From: Octopus sinensis
Taxonomy: Eukaryota
Assembly: GCF_006345805.1 (NCBI RefSeq)
Contig: NW_021832060.1
Location: 1 to 38,437, forward strand
Direction: 5' to 3'
Length of the DNA stretch: 38,437 nt
The notes under the pieces were generated by a model. It saw only the letters and a program-made list of their open reading frames with translations, was not told the DNA's origin and searched no databases. A program made the translations under genes and the position numbers. Below, in pieces: positions 1 through 17,549 of the stretch. Positions within the stretch are counted from its first letter, which is position 1. Each line of letters begins with the position of its first letter.

Positions 1-1870
1 AATAATAACAAAACAAAAGAGGGACTCATGAAAACCAAAGACATCCCCATTAGAAGAGGAATATTCCAGGGAGACACGCTCTCTCCACTCCTTTTCTGCT
101 TGGCACTGTCACCTCTATCTGATATGCTAAATAGAACTGGATGCGGATATAAATGTTACGGCAAAACGATCAGCCACCTTTTATATATGGATGACCTAAA
201 ACTATACGCTGCAAATGACAAACAGCTGGAAACACTATTAAAGACAGTTCATGGATTTACCAAAGAAATAGATATGAAATTTGGATTAGAAAAATGCGCC
301 AAAGTAACCATGAAAAGAGGAAAACTAGTAAGAGTAACAACATCACACTAGATAAAACCAATGAAATAAAAGAATTAGACCAAAGCCAAACTTACAAATA
401 CTTAGGAATCCATGAACTAGATAAGACACAACACACACAAATGAAAGAGAAAAAAAAAAAGAATATTATAGACGAGTCAGATCAATACTAAAAACAGAGC
501 TCAATGCTAAAAACAAGATAATAGGTATCAACACTTTAGCTGTCCAGTTATAAGTTACAGCTACAATATCCTTAACTGGACACGAAATGAACTGAACTGT
601 CCAAAATAGATAGGAAAACAAAAAAATACTGACAGGATCTAGAATGCATCACCCAAAATCTGACATAGAAAGACTATATATACAACGTATAGAAAGTGGT
701 AGAGGCCTTATACAGCTGGAAAACTACTATAAAATAACCACCATAGGACTGCAAAAATGCCTACTTCAGAAGGAAGGAAAACTGATCCAGATAGCAGCAA
801 AACACGAGCAAAACAACAAACTGTTCTCAGTATTTAAGGAAGCTGACAAATACAAACAAGAAATCATGCCACCTAATAAACACAAAGAAGAAGAAGATGA
901 TGAAGAAACAACAAAAGCTATAAAACAAATGAAATCCAAACTAAAAATAGAACAGCAACGAGCCATGATAAAACGATGGCAAGAAAAACCCCTTCATGGT
1001 AAATACTGCACTAAACTAAACGCAAAAGAAATAGACAAAGAAAAATCCCAGCAATGGTTGAGAAGCTCAGGACTCAAAGCAGAAACAGAGGGATTTTTAA
1101 TTGCAGCACAAGACCAAAGCCTCCCCACCAGAAATTACCAAAAACATGTAATGAAAAGAAATATTACAAGTAACTGCAGAATATGTGGAGATGGACAAGA
1201 AACAATAAATCATATTATCTCTAGCTGCCCAGTCCTGGCTAAGAAGGAATATATTCACAGACATGACAGAGTTGGAACCTACATACATTGGAAGCTATGC
1301 CAACATTATGGAATAACAACAGAAAAAAGATGGTATAGGCACACACCAGAAAAGGTCACGGAAAACGAGAAAGCAACCATACTCTGGGATATGCCGATAC
1401 ACACAGATAGAGCAATTAAGGCCAACAGACCAGATATAGTTGTCAGAGATCATGAAGAAAAAAAATGCTTTCTAATTGATGTATCAATACCGGCAGATGA
1501 CAACGTGTCTCTAAAAGAAATGGAGAAACTCTCAAAATACAAAGACCTGGAAATAGAGGTAACTAGAATGTGGAACCTGAAAACAGAAAAATTCCTATCA
1601 TAGTAGGTGCATTAGGCATGATAAAAAAATATTCAGACAAATACATAACAAAAACACCAGGACTTACAAACACATATAACATACAGAAAATTGCACTACT
1701 AGGCACTGCACACATCCTACGCAGAACACTTTCCATACAATAACCATCAGAGCATCACAACAAATCACAGCACATACCCAAGGCACACAGAGCTGCGCTC
1801 AGTTGTGAAGTGAAAGCACGCTATAAAAATAAAACTACTGAATAATAATAATAATATTAATAATAACAAA

Positions 1871-1920
<50 letters not shown>
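1..1920 (+). mobile_element. R4/Dong-clade (RLE-type) non-LTR retrotransposon, 3' half, frameshifted
   Basis: RT motifs GIFQGDTLSPLLF and YMDD (28-351); CCHC knuckle CRICGDGQETINHIISSC; RHD motif and PD-(D/E)xK nuclease RPDIVVRD..LIDVSIP (644-1603). A shifted frame continues IPIIVGALGMIKK...IQKIALLGTAHILRRTLSIQ* to 1743, then a short 3' UTR and (TAA)n tail. Confidence 0.92.

Positions 1921-1922
<2 letters not shown>
1841..1922 (+). repeat. (TAA)n microsatellite, tail/target of the R4/Dong element
   Basis: Directly visible; Dong-type elements are known to associate with TAA repeats. Confidence 0.9.
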
Positions 1923-1923
<1 letters not shown>

Positions 1924-1929
1924 TAACTT

Positions 1930-2360
1930 CTACTAAAGGCAGAAGGCCTGAAATTTGGGGAAGGATGATTAGTCAATTACAATGACCCCAGTGTTTCACT
2001 GATAGTTAATTTATTGACCCCTGAAAGGATGAAAGGCAAAGTCTACCTTGGTGGAATTTGAACTCAGAAAACATAAAAGTGAATAAAATGCTGCTAAGCA
2101 TTTTGTCCAATGTGCTAAGTTTCTGCCAACTTGCCGCCATAATGATAATGATGATGATGATGATGAAGATAAAAATAATTTTGGTAAAGGTGGAATATAT
2201 AGTCCATTAATCAACCCCAGTACTCAACTGGTACCTATTTTACTGACCCTAACAGGATGAAAGGCAAAGTCAGCTTCATGGTAATCAGAATTTGGAATGT
2301 AAAGTCAGAAGAAATGCTACTAAGCGTTTTGCCTGATGTGCTCACATTTCCGTCACCTTA
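1930..2360 (-). mobile_element. Two degenerate SINE copies (same family as 34612-35465)
   Basis: Reverse complement of the ttctgagttcaaattcc..gactttgcctttcatcctttc.ggggtc core at ~2015-2070 and ~2245-2300. Confidence 0.7.
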
Positions 2361-2902
2361 GCAACAATAACAACAACAATACTAATAATAAAATGTGCTG
2401 TTTAGCCCTTGGTCAACCCTGACTGTGCAGGCCTGAGAACAAAAGCATTCTAGCTGTGACCATCCTGTCTTTTTCCTATTTGCAATGACCATATAACCAT
2501 GTGTGTTCACATGTCCTTGTTTTAAGATACGAGGCAGATGTGGCTGCTACATCTAACAGACCTAACCACCCCATACACGATCTCTCATTGGTTCATTATT
2601 AGCTTGTGCAAATAAATAGACAGGAACAGTTTGACAGGACCCTGCTTAGATTTTCAGTAGACGCATCAGATAGCATTTTTATCTGATGTACTTACTACTA
2701 CCACAGATAACTGTGGTTGTTCAATAGGATTGAGTATTGGGTATATCTATTGATGAGGGGGTCTATTCATATCCATTCCCTGTCGTCAGTCATCATATGT
2801 TGTCAGAATCATAAGGACGCCTTCCTCACACTCATATATGGGTATTTTAAACATGATGTAGCTAACCCCTCTCTCTGTCAAACCACAGTGGAAATCTTTC
2901 AA

Positions 2903-2906
<4 letters not shown>

Positions 2907-2950
<44 letters not shown>

Positions 2951-2958
2951 TGAGAGAG
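2907..2958. repeat. (AG)n microsatellite
   Basis: Directly visible. Confidence 0.95.
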
Positions 2959-3737
2959 TGCAAAATATAATGATGTATTCCTTTCAGTACCTGATGTTGT
3001 ATTGAAAGAATGAAAAAGCAAAGTTTGCGATGATGGGATTTGAACTCAGGGCACAGAATGCCAGAATGACTACTTCAATACATTCTAAGCAATCCGCTAA
3101 CAATCCTGTCGAATCCCCAAGTAACAACTGGCAGGTATTTAATGCATGGAACATGCTTGGATGGAGTTGAAAGGCAAGAGGAGGTAATCCCTGTTTTTCT
3201 TTACCAGTGAGTGTTGCTAATTAAACCATCACCCATGTTGCTAATTGCACTTTAATTTGCAGATCGTTCGCAGTCATTATCTCCTGTGTTAACATTTCCT
3301 TTATTTACATTTGACAGCAGTTGATTATAAAAAAATCTATTTGAAATGTCTCATCTTGTCAATCGGTTTCTACTATTTGGTTATTAATAACCAAATTTTG
3401 AATATGTTTTCATAATGATGCCTTTAATGACTTATCATTATTATATAACATTGAATTCTTCAGGCTGGAATTACCTATAAAAGATATTTATATTGGAGTA
3501 TTAGAGTGGATGCGGATGGGGGGGAGGAAGGATATTTTTAAGTCCTTCATTTACTGATGAAGTAATTTTAATTACACATAATTTTATGAGTTCAAATAAA
3601 CAAAAGACACTGGAACGCCATCCTTCTCCACCGCCATTAATACAAAGATAATGAAGAACATAATCCAACCAACATCTATTTCACAAAGACACAAATATTC
3701 AAGTAAACAATATTCTTGTAAAAAAATTTCTCCTTCT

Positions 3738-3784
3738 CATACATACTGATACATACGCTCATACTCATACATACAAATATATAT

Positions 3785-3841
<57 letters not shown>

Positions 3842-4026
3842 TACATACATGTATATATACATAAATATATACATGTATGTATGTATGTATATATATATAG
3901 TTATATGCATGTATATATATATAGATATATGCATGTATATATAGATATATATATACATACTTACATATATACATAAATACATATATACATACATATATAC
4001 ATACATGTATATATAATTATATATAT

Positions 4027-4057
<31 letters not shown>

Positions 4058-4088
4058 TAATATAATATATATATATATATATATACAT
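3738..4088. repeat. (TA)n/(TACA)n microsatellite
   Basis: Directly visible; source of spurious YIYI ORFs. Confidence 0.95.
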
Positions 4089-4405
4089 ATAATTAATCAA
4101 TTTAGGGTAGCAAAAAATTCAATAGAAATTTATCGCTACCAGCGGCCTAGTGGAAAAGAGAAAATAGTCAAAGACTAAAATATATAAATATAACAATTTA
4201 GGAGTGGCCTTAACAGGCCATTCGTCCACTAGAGAGAGCAGCCAGAACTCAAACCGCCAAGCAGTAGTAATTCAGAAATTAGGTGAAAATTTAAAAACGT
4301 TTACCCTAATTCATCTTTTAGAAGATGCATCGTTTCTGTGTTTTTAATGATAAACTAGCTTAATTAAATTAAATTAAACTAATCTATCATAGGTCACACT
4401 TCATC

Positions 4406-4492
4406 AACATTACACCGGGACACGTCAAAAAAGAAACTGACCACACAAAATTCAAGAAGTCTCTGGACAAATTCCTTCAAACAGAGCCGGAC
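4406..4492 (+). pseudogene. Inverted C-terminal fragment of a CR1/L2-group ORF2
   Basis: Translates NITPGHVKKETDHTKFKKSLDKFLQTEPD, resembling FNILPKSLRNLHKVDVAVFKSKLDIFL in ORF 13469-13729. Confidence 0.75.
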
Positions 4493-4612
4493 ATATAAAC
4501 TTATATTTACTGCTGATGGGTTGGCGCGAACACGTTGGTCTTGAAAATTTTAAGACAGATATTCCGGAGGCATTGATACAGACGCCTCGTGTATATTTGT
4601 CTCTCCAAGGTT

Positions 4613-4709
4613 TTTTACTGATGAAGTGTGACCTATGATAGATTAGCTTAATTTAATTTAATTAAGCTAGTTTATCATTAAAAACACAGAAACGATGCAT
4701 CTTCTAAAA
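4613..4709 (+). ncRNA. Type I hammerhead ribozyme-like motif with long stem II, possibly degenerate
   Basis: tttta-CTGATGA-a-gtgt..atgatagattagcttaatt/aattaagctagtttatcat..acac-a-GAAAC-gatgcatc-TTC-taaaa; mismatches at the bases of stems II and III. Confidence 0.6.
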
Positions 4710-4929
4710 GATGAATTAGGGTAAACGTTTTTAAATTTTGACCTAATTTCTGAATTACTACTGCTTGGCGGTTTGAGTTATGGCTGCTCTCTCTAGTGGA
4801 CGAATGGCCTGTTAAGGCCACTCCTAATTGTTATATTTATATATTTTAGTCTTTGACTATTTTCTCTTTCCACTAGGCCGCTGGTAGCGATAAATTTCTA
4901 TTGAATTTTTTGCTACCCTAAATGATTAA

Positions 4930-4987
<58 letters not shown>

Positions 4988-5116
4988 TGTATTATGTAGT
5001 ATATATGTATTTATGTATATATGTATGTATGTATATATATATATATCTATATATACATGCATATATCTATATATATATACATGCATATAACTATATATAT
5101 ATATACATACATACAA

Positions 5117-6310
5117 TTGAGATGAAATGATTGTACCGTATTGTTGTTATGAGATGCGATTTAGATTTTTGTTGTGGACGGATGGCACGTGGTCCAAGCC
5201 TTGGATGTATTTCGAAGGTGATGCCAGCATCATTCGGACAGTGCTGATGGAATATTTTCCACATCATACAGTTAATGTAGCGTTCACGGTGTCGTTGGAG
5301 TGAATACAGTTTCAGTTTCTCTAGTCTACCCCAGTAGTCAAGGTCTGACATGCCATCTATCTTTTTTGTGATTGACCTTTGGGGAGCTTCAATTCTCATA
5401 ATATTTTTTTCTGTGTAGGGAGACCACAGTGGACAGCAGTATTCAAGGTGGGGTCGGGCAAAAGTGGAGAAGAGAAGGATAATGGTGTGGGAATTGCTCG
5501 ACTGGAAGGTTCTGAGAATCCAGGAACACATTCTGCGGGCCATATCAACTTTGCTGCTTATATGTGTAGCCCAGCTTATGTTGTTGTCCACTGTTACTCC
5601 CAAGTCTCTGATGTTGTTAGACGCCATGAGAATTTCTCCAGAAGGAAGGGAGTATGGGAGTTTTAGAGCGTCCTCCCTTCCAAAGTGGATCAGTTCGAAT
5701 TTGTCTTCGTTTAGTAACATGTTATTCTTTTCCGCCCATTGGAGGACAGCCAGTAGGTCTGACTGAAGGCTTATTCGGTCATCCACGCGATTGATGACCT
5801 TCTGGAGCTTGGAATCATCAGCGAAAGTTCTGATGTTATTGTGTTTGATGGTGTCAGTAATATCATTTATGTAGATGATGAAGAGAAGTGGGTCCAACAC
5901 AGTGCCTTGTGGGACACCACTGCTGACTTTGGCTGGGCTGGATTTGACTCCTTCGACTACAACATGTTGGGTTCTGTTAGACAGGAAGCACTTGATCCAC
6001 TGCAGCAGCTTTCCAGTGACACCAATATTGGACAGCTTTCTCAAAAGGATCTTATGATCAACCCTGTCAAAGGCCTTGCTGAAATCAAGGAAGATGACAT
6101 CAGTGTTGGAGCCCTCTCCCAAGGCTCTCAAAATGACATCAAAATGATGCAGTAGCTGCGTCAGGCAAACTCTTCCATTACGGAATCCATGCTGTTTGGA
6201 GTTCAGCATATGACTCTCAAGGAAGTGAGTCATACGCGATCTCAGCACTCTCTCAAATACCTTAATGATATGAGAGGTGAGTGAGATTCGACGGTAATTC
6301 ACGGCAAGCG
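5117..6310 (-). mobile_element. CR1/L2-group LINE fragment, RT domain (uninterrupted ~395 codons)
   Basis: NYRRISLTSH, QHGFR, LDFSKAFDRV, GVPQGTVL.PLLF, FADD, RDLGV, RPHLEYCCPLWSP; cut at both ends by TA repeats. Confidence 0.93.
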
Positions 6311-6331
6311 ATTTGTTTCATACATATATAC

Positions 6332-6372
<41 letters not shown>

Positions 6373-6377
6373 TATAT

Positions 6378-6882
6378 ATTTATATACATAAATGCATGCA
6401 TTCATACATATAGACGTGTCTATACCCACATACGCATATATACTATCTAAAACAAAAGAAAACCCGATCATGTCCAAAGGGTAGTACTGGATAGGGTGAG
6501 TACTTTACATAGTTTTCGGGTGTAATTAAATGTAAATTATAATGTTTATTTGTTAAAGTGAACAGCAGAAAATTTGCATGTGTATGTTTGTCTCTTCTTG
6601 CAGGAATGCAAGCGTGCCCTTCGCATGCGAAAAACAAACGCACCTACATCTTAAACTGTCATGTCTTTTATTAATATGTCAAGGGAAGTAACTCTAAAAG
6701 TTGATTTTCAGTTATCTCCCTTAATTATGTAGTTAAGAGAATATAAACTTTTCTGGTTATTTTCTGTTTTGCACACTTAATTTTTCAATCATTTGACTGC
6801 GGCCATGGTGGAGCAATGCCTTTATTCGTGCAAATCGACACCAGGACTTATACTTTGTAGGCCTAGTATTTAAACTATCGGC

Positions 6883-6937
<55 letters not shown>

Positions 6938-7104
6938 CATGCCGCAGCAGCGCCTTTATTCGCGAAATTCGAACCCAATACTTATTTTTTGTAGGCCTAG
7001 TATTTAATCTATTTTTTCTTATGACGAAACGCTAAGTTACGGGGACATGAACACTCCAGCACCGGTTGTCAAGCGGTGTTGGAGGGATAAACAGGCATAC
7101 AAAC

Positions 7105-7110
<6 letters not shown>
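6378..7110. repeat. Copy 1 of a ~750 bp locally triplicated block (others 12667-13210, 17550-18370)
   Basis: Shared sequence tatacccacatacgcatatatactatctaaaacaaaagaaa...gtccaaaggg.agtact... followed by the same SINE-tail arrangement. Confidence 0.85.
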
Positions 7111-7139
<29 letters not shown>

Positions 7140-7352
7140 GCCCCCCCCCACACACACACACATATATGTATATATATATGTTTGTGTGAGTGTGTGTGTG
7201 TGTATGCTCCGCCTATCAGTTCCACTCACAAGGATTGGTCGGCACGAGTCTATAGTAGAAGACACTAGCCCAAGATACCATGCAGTGGGACTGAACCAAG
7301 AACACTGCGTTTCGTAGGGAAGCTACTTATCACACAGCCATTCCTACGCCTA
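6788..7352 (-). mobile_element. tRNA-headed CORE-like SINE with partly duplicated tail
   Basis: Reverse complement of the family at 35512-37710 (head ggcgtaggaatggctgtgtg..ggttcagtcccactgc; tail catggccgcagtcaaatga). Confidence 0.8.
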
Positions 7353-7353
7353 T

Positions 7354-7441
<88 letters not shown>

Positions 7442-7444
7442 ATA

Positions 7445-7645
7445 TCTCAGTGGGGGGTTACCTGCTTACCAACCACACGGTTCCTGGTGCAGTCCCACCG
7501 CGTGGCAGCTTAGACAAGTGTTTTCTTCTATCGTCCCGGGTCGACTAAATCCTTATGATTCGATTTCGTATCGGAAACTGAAAAAAGCCCGTCGTACAGA
7601 AGTGTATATATGTGTACGATTGTGTGCCTCTGTTTGTCCCTACTA
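7445..7645 (+). mobile_element. Degenerate CORE-like SINE 5' half
   Basis: tgcttaccaaccacacggttcctggtgcagtcccaccgcgtggcag...ggaaactgaaaaaagcccgtcgta. Confidence 0.7.
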
Positions 7646-7817
7646 CCATCAGAAAACTACATAAACACCTAACCCTGCTTCAAGCCAATAGCTTCTACGA
7701 AAAAATCAACAACTACAGTCAATCAAATATAATGACCAAATGATTTTCTCTTATCTATCGGTTCCAACTAGATTTAACAAACAAATGAGGCAAATTACTT
7801 GACTAGATCTGACTGCA

Positions 7818-8023
<206 letters not shown>

Positions 8024-8303
8024 AGGGCGGGGGAACGAATAGCTTATGACGAAACCATGGTATGCTTTGCTTTCTGACTTTTTAATCATCTCATAATAAT
8101 GACTTTTATTACTACCTCATCCCATCTAAAAGTATATATCTGTCGTTACCTTTCATAAAAAGCTTTTTCTTTTTTATTTACAATGTGCATTTTCGTTGAT
8201 TTTTTTTTATTCTCCCCTTAAATTTTCACGTGTATTTTATATTTTCCTTTTGTAACATATTTCAAGCTTAACTGTTACTGGCGGTGTGATCGAATGTGAC
8301 TTT

Positions 8304-12660
<4,357 letters not shown>

Positions 12661-12666
12661 ATAAAT

Positions 12667-13210
12667 TTATATATATAAATACATACATTCATACATATAC
12701 ACGTATAGATACCCACATGCGCATATATACTATCTAAAACAAAATGAAACCTGATTAAGTCCAAAGGGCAGTACTAGATATTGTTAGTAATTTATATTAG
12801 TTGTGGGGTGTAATTAAATGTAAATTATAAGCTAGTCAATGTTTATTCGTTTAAGTTAGCAGCAGAAAAGTTGCATATGTATGTTTGTCTCTTCCTGTGC
12901 GAATGCAAGTGTGTCCTCCGCAAGCGAAAACCAAACACACTTACATATTAAACTTTCATGATTATTTAGTTAAGAGAATACACACTTTTGTCGATATTTT
13001 CTATTTTACTCACTTCATTTTTTCAGTTATTTGACTGTGGCCATGGTGGAGCAGCGCCCTTTATTCGAGCAAATCAACCCCAGGACTTATACTTTGTAGG
13101 CCTAGTATTTAATCGATCAGTCTCTTTTCCAGAACCGCTAAGTTACGGGGACGTGAAAGCACCAGCACCAGTTGTCAAGCGATGTTGGAGGGATAGACGA
13201 ACAAACGTAT
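12667..13210. repeat. Copy 2 (more diverged) of the triplicated block, including SINE tail
   Basis: Colinear similarity to 6378-7110 with internal deletions. Confidence 0.8.
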
Positions 13211-13339
13211 ATATATATATATATATATTCATACACACACACACACACACATATATATATTATATATATACATACATACATACACGCACACACACGTATA
13301 TATATATATATATATATATATATACTTATATATTTATAT

Positions 13340-16046
13340 TTTTTCTCTTGTTTCAGCTCAGAGCTGCGGCCATGCTGATGCACCACCATTTTGTGCTACA
13401 TTGTTATTGCGAAGAACCTCGTCTAATATGTGGCACTTGGTGAAGAATGGAGTTTCATATTGCTACTCTCATTTGCACCTCTTGCCGTGAGGTAGGTTCA
13501 TCGGGGGACTCGGCAGGAAGATGTCCAGCTTTGATTTAAAAACCGCTACATCTACTTTGTGCAAGTTCCTCAGACTCTTTGGGAGAATATTAAAAAGCTG
13601 TGGGCCCTTGAAACCCAGGCTGTTGCAGAAGCTGGTCCTGAAGCGTGATGGCATTGCTGGGATCTTTGGCACTATGCAGTGTCGTCCCGTTCTAGCATTG
13701 GTGTAGCTTACATTGCCAAAATTTGACACAATTCCTTCCAGGATCTTCCAGACATATATTACTGCATACCTCTCCGTCTTCTCTCCAGGGAGTAGAGTCT
13801 TAGCTGTTTCAACCTTCCCCAGTAGCTGAACTGTTGCAAAGAGACGATCTTCTTTGTGAATCTTCTCTGGATTGCTTCAAGGTCCGCTGTTAATTTTACA
13901 CTGGTGGGTGACATAGTTGTGAGCAGTAATCCAGGCGGCAGAGGACGAATGTCCGCCAGAGGACCATCATGGTTTCCTTATCTCTGGTTCTGAATGTTCT
14001 TAGGGTTAGGGTTAGGGTTAGCCAGTCGTCTGCACTTTGTCGCCATCCTGGTAATGTGCACTTGGAAAGAGGTATCATCACTCATGTCGATACCCAGGTC
14101 CCTCACAGACTTAGGCTCTGGGATTGAAATTCCCTGTAGACCGGTGTATCCTGTAAGTTTAATATTCAGTTGGATGCTGGTAGCGCAGGGGACCTGGAAT
14201 TTTTCAGCATTAAACTGTATATTATTATCCTCAGCCCATCTGTAGATTGAGTCCAACTCCTGCTGCAGGTGTGCAACATCGCTGGGGTTCTGTATTTTCC
14301 GCGAGACTTTCGTGTCGTCTGCATAGCTGGCCAGAGTGGCTATCCGGGCATTTGAGGACATATCTGAGAGGGCCACTATAAAAAGCAGTGGTCCCAAGAC
14401 AGTGCCCTGTGGAACACCGCGCACTATTTGTGTGTTCATAGAGGTGGCTCCATTAAACACTACTGCCTGACTCCTATCTTTCAGGAAGTCATGTAACCAC
14501 ACTCCAAGTTTTCCAGCTATGTCGAGGTCACGCAGTTTGTGGCATATCATACCATTATCCACCTTGTCAAAAGCTTTTGCAAATCAAGGTAGATTACGTC
14601 CACATTTGATTTGTTGAGTAACTGCCAAACACCAGTCATAATGTTGTAAGAGCTGGGTCAGGCAGCTCCTAACTGGTCGATAACCATGCTGGGTATCACT
14701 CAACAAGTTATTTCCTCAAGGAATGCGATTAGTTTCTTTCTGACTATCCGTTCCATGACTTTCCTGATGTGTGAAGTCAGAGAGATAGGCCTATAGTTTT
14801 GGGTATCTGCTCTACTTCCCCCTTTATGTATTGGGCATATTATTCTCTCTTTCAGCTTGCTTGGCAGTTTGTCATTCGCAAGAAAGCTCTGGAAGAGAAT
14901 CTTGAGGGGTTTTGCCAGGGCATGCTTACACGCTATGAGGAGGATGGCTGGGAAACCATCTGGACCAGCAGCTGAGTTTGTGTCCACTTCATCTATGGCT
15001 AGTAGAACATCTTTTTCGCTAATATCAATACATTCTATTGTAACCGCCTCGCTGGTTATAGTTGAGGCGGCAAAGAAGTCCACTGGTTCATTCACTTGTC
15101 TGTGTTCCAACCGGATGGTAAAGACACTTTTGAACTGGTTATTCAGCATCTCACTGATCTTAGTTGAACTGTCTATGAGGGAGCCGTCCTTTTGGATGAG
15201 GGGTCCTATCTTGTAGTGCACTGAGACTGTTTTTCGCGTAATGAAAGAAGGCCTTTGGGTTTGATTTAATATTTTTATAAACCAGGCTTCTTTGTCTGCT
15301 TTCTCCTTCACATAGGATTGTTGCAGCCTTTTTTCGATCTCCATCAGTGTTGTTTTTAGGCGGGATGTTTCGCTACTTTTGGGATGTTGGTTGAGACGAT
15401 TTGCAACCTTCGTCCATCGTCTCATGAGGATCTTCCTGTCTCTTGGAATCTTGCTCCGATTTGTTTTCGCCTTGTGCTCTGGGACATATTTCTGGCATAC
15501 GGCTTGCACAGAAGACATGAAACCTTCTACTTTCATGTCAATGTCTGGTGTGGAGAGACATTCCGGCCAGTCTCTGGGGATCTCTTTTTGGATCGATTTC
15601 TAATCTGCTTTGTGGAAGTTCAGATTGGAGAGATTTCGGGTGCTTCCTTTAGGCTGTATGTCTCTGGTCACTTTTGGACCAAACATAGACAGCTCTATTA
15701 TGTTGTGATCTGAAACTGATGTCGGTGTCACTTTCACATCATGAATGATGTCCATATTGTTCGTGAAGCAGAGATCCAGAATGTTATTCGCCCTAGTGGC
15801 TTGAGTACAATTTGCTCCATGAATAAGGCATTGGTGAGGTTGAGCAGGGGCTCCACCTTTACTTTCTTGCAATGATTCATTCCTGAGAGTATGTGACCTT
15901 CGGGCCATTTGACGTTGGGGAAGTTGAAATCACCGATAAGAAATATGGTCATGTGGTGTTCCAGATTCATGAGGATTTCTTTAATTATTGTGAGGCAATC
16001 TTCAAACTTGCCTGTGTGATTTGGGGCATCCGGTGGGCAATATGTA
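13340..16046 (-). mobile_element. CR1/L2-group LINE, 5'-truncated within APE, intact 3' end, frameshifted
   Basis: YCPPD, IGDFNFP, NILDLCFTN, SDHNII (APE); SAAGPDGFPA, NYRPISLTSH, GVPQGTVLGPLLF, YADD (RT); GPQLFNILP; 3' stem-loop and A-rich tail at 13340-13387. Confidence 0.92.
14000..14021 (+). repeat. Interstitial telomeric repeat (TTAGGG)3+TTAG inside the LINE ORF
   Basis: ttagggttagggttagggttag interrupts the KCRRLA...LRTFRTRD coding sequence. Confidence 0.85.
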
Positions 16047-17400
16047 TTATGCTTCATTTCCTTTATTGCTGCTAAGACATCAGGAGCGCCAAAGGTTATG
16101 TCCGATAAAGTGTATTGGGGAGTAACATCACTGATACAGCCCAGATCAGTCATATCAGGATTGCTGAAAACAGAGCAGTATTGTTTCTGCAATATCTCTC
16201 CCATGGTTTTGGCATTGTCTTGAAGAATACCATTTTCATCAATCAGAGGGCCAACAGTAGAACCAGTGACTCTGTGTATTTTTGCAAATGAAAAGAACAC
16301 TTTGTGATTGAGTTTGATCTTCTCAATGGCCCAGGCCTCTTCAGCTCTTCTCTGACTATTGATGATAGACATCATGTTGTTTTGGAGTTTATGTTTTTTA
16401 ATCTCTAGCGACGAGATGGCAGTCAGGTTGGTGTGTTGCTGTTGACAGTATTTCAGCTCGTTGATTTTTTTTGTTAATTCTTTTAATTTTCCTGATGAGA
16501 TATTTTCTATTTCTAGGGATTCGACACTTAGATTTGTTTGCAGATCTTAATGGGGTGTGGTTTGCACATATGTTCGTAATGGTGTCTACAAATGACTGCC
16601 AGGACTTTTTGATGTTAGTGGGTGTGTATGTGTGCGTGAAGGACCAATCGACTTGTGCAAGATCATTATTGATCGCTTCCCAGTTTGCATTGTGGAAATC
16701 CATAGTGTCAAATGGATGAACAGGAGGGATGACATTTGTTTTGCATTTTGGCCGGTGAAATCTCAGATCACAGAGAACCATGTCATGGTCGGAGAGTAGG
16801 GTTTTCTCCACTGCAATATTGTGGATAGTATCAGTGTGATTGCTGAAAATTAAGTCTAAGACGTTTTTGTGACATCTCGTTGGTTCGAGCACCAGTTGGG
16901 ACAGGAAGAAATCATCCATGAAGTCAAGAAGCGATTCCACTGCCTCCCTGTCAGGGGTTGAGAGAGAAGAACCTGGCAGACTGTTTGTAGACCAGTCAAC
17001 CCCGGGAAGGTTGAAGTCTCCCGTCATTAAAATGTTGTCAGGTTGACACTGCTGAATGAAACACTTTATGTTGTTGAGGCATTCCTTGAAGCATGGTAGG
17101 GGCGTTTGGGGTGTGGTGTAGAGCCCAACTACTGTTAAGTTGTTGGTTTGACTGAATACAGCGACTGCTTCGCAGTATCCATTGGAAAGTATGTTCATAG
17201 CTTCTGTTGAGAATGAATCATGAACATAAATGGCAGTCCCACCCTTTCTTCTGCCAGCACGATCAGCACGAATGGCTTTGAATTTTTAACTTTCACCTCG
17301 GCTTCCAAGTGGAGGTCACTAAGATGGGTTTCAGTGAGGACGAAGAAAGGGATGTGGTTTGGATGGGCATCGATCCAGTCCTCCAGGGAATTTTATCTTC
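16047..17400 (-). mobile_element. Second CR1/L2-group LINE fragment (APE domain and linker)
   Basis: TETHL, RKGGTAIYV, TGDFNLPGVDW, VLDLIFSN, SDHDMV, KVFFSFAK..VGPL; abuts the neighbouring LINE at ~16046. Confidence 0.88.
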
Positions 17401-17408
17401 CATTTGAG

Positions 17409-17451
<43 letters not shown>

Positions 17452-17549
17452 TACATAGGTATATACACATATATATATATAAAATTATAAATTTATGATA
17501 TAATATATAAATACATATATATATATATATTATATATATATATATATAA

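Larger units (their letters stand above)
4086..4936. mobile_element. Penelope-like pseudo-LTR insertion with ~320 bp inverted arms (4086-4406 / 4619-4936)
   Basis: The arms are near-identical reverse complements, the element is flanked by TA microsatellite, and the right arm starts within a hammerhead-like motif. Confidence 0.75.

Noticed and set aside
3554-3560. CTGATGA heptamer (also 12188)
   Set aside because: No stem II/GAAA/stem I context for a hammerhead.
6595-6660. Possible exon after ttcttgcag in the triplicated block
   Set aside because: The AG acceptor is absent in the other two copies.
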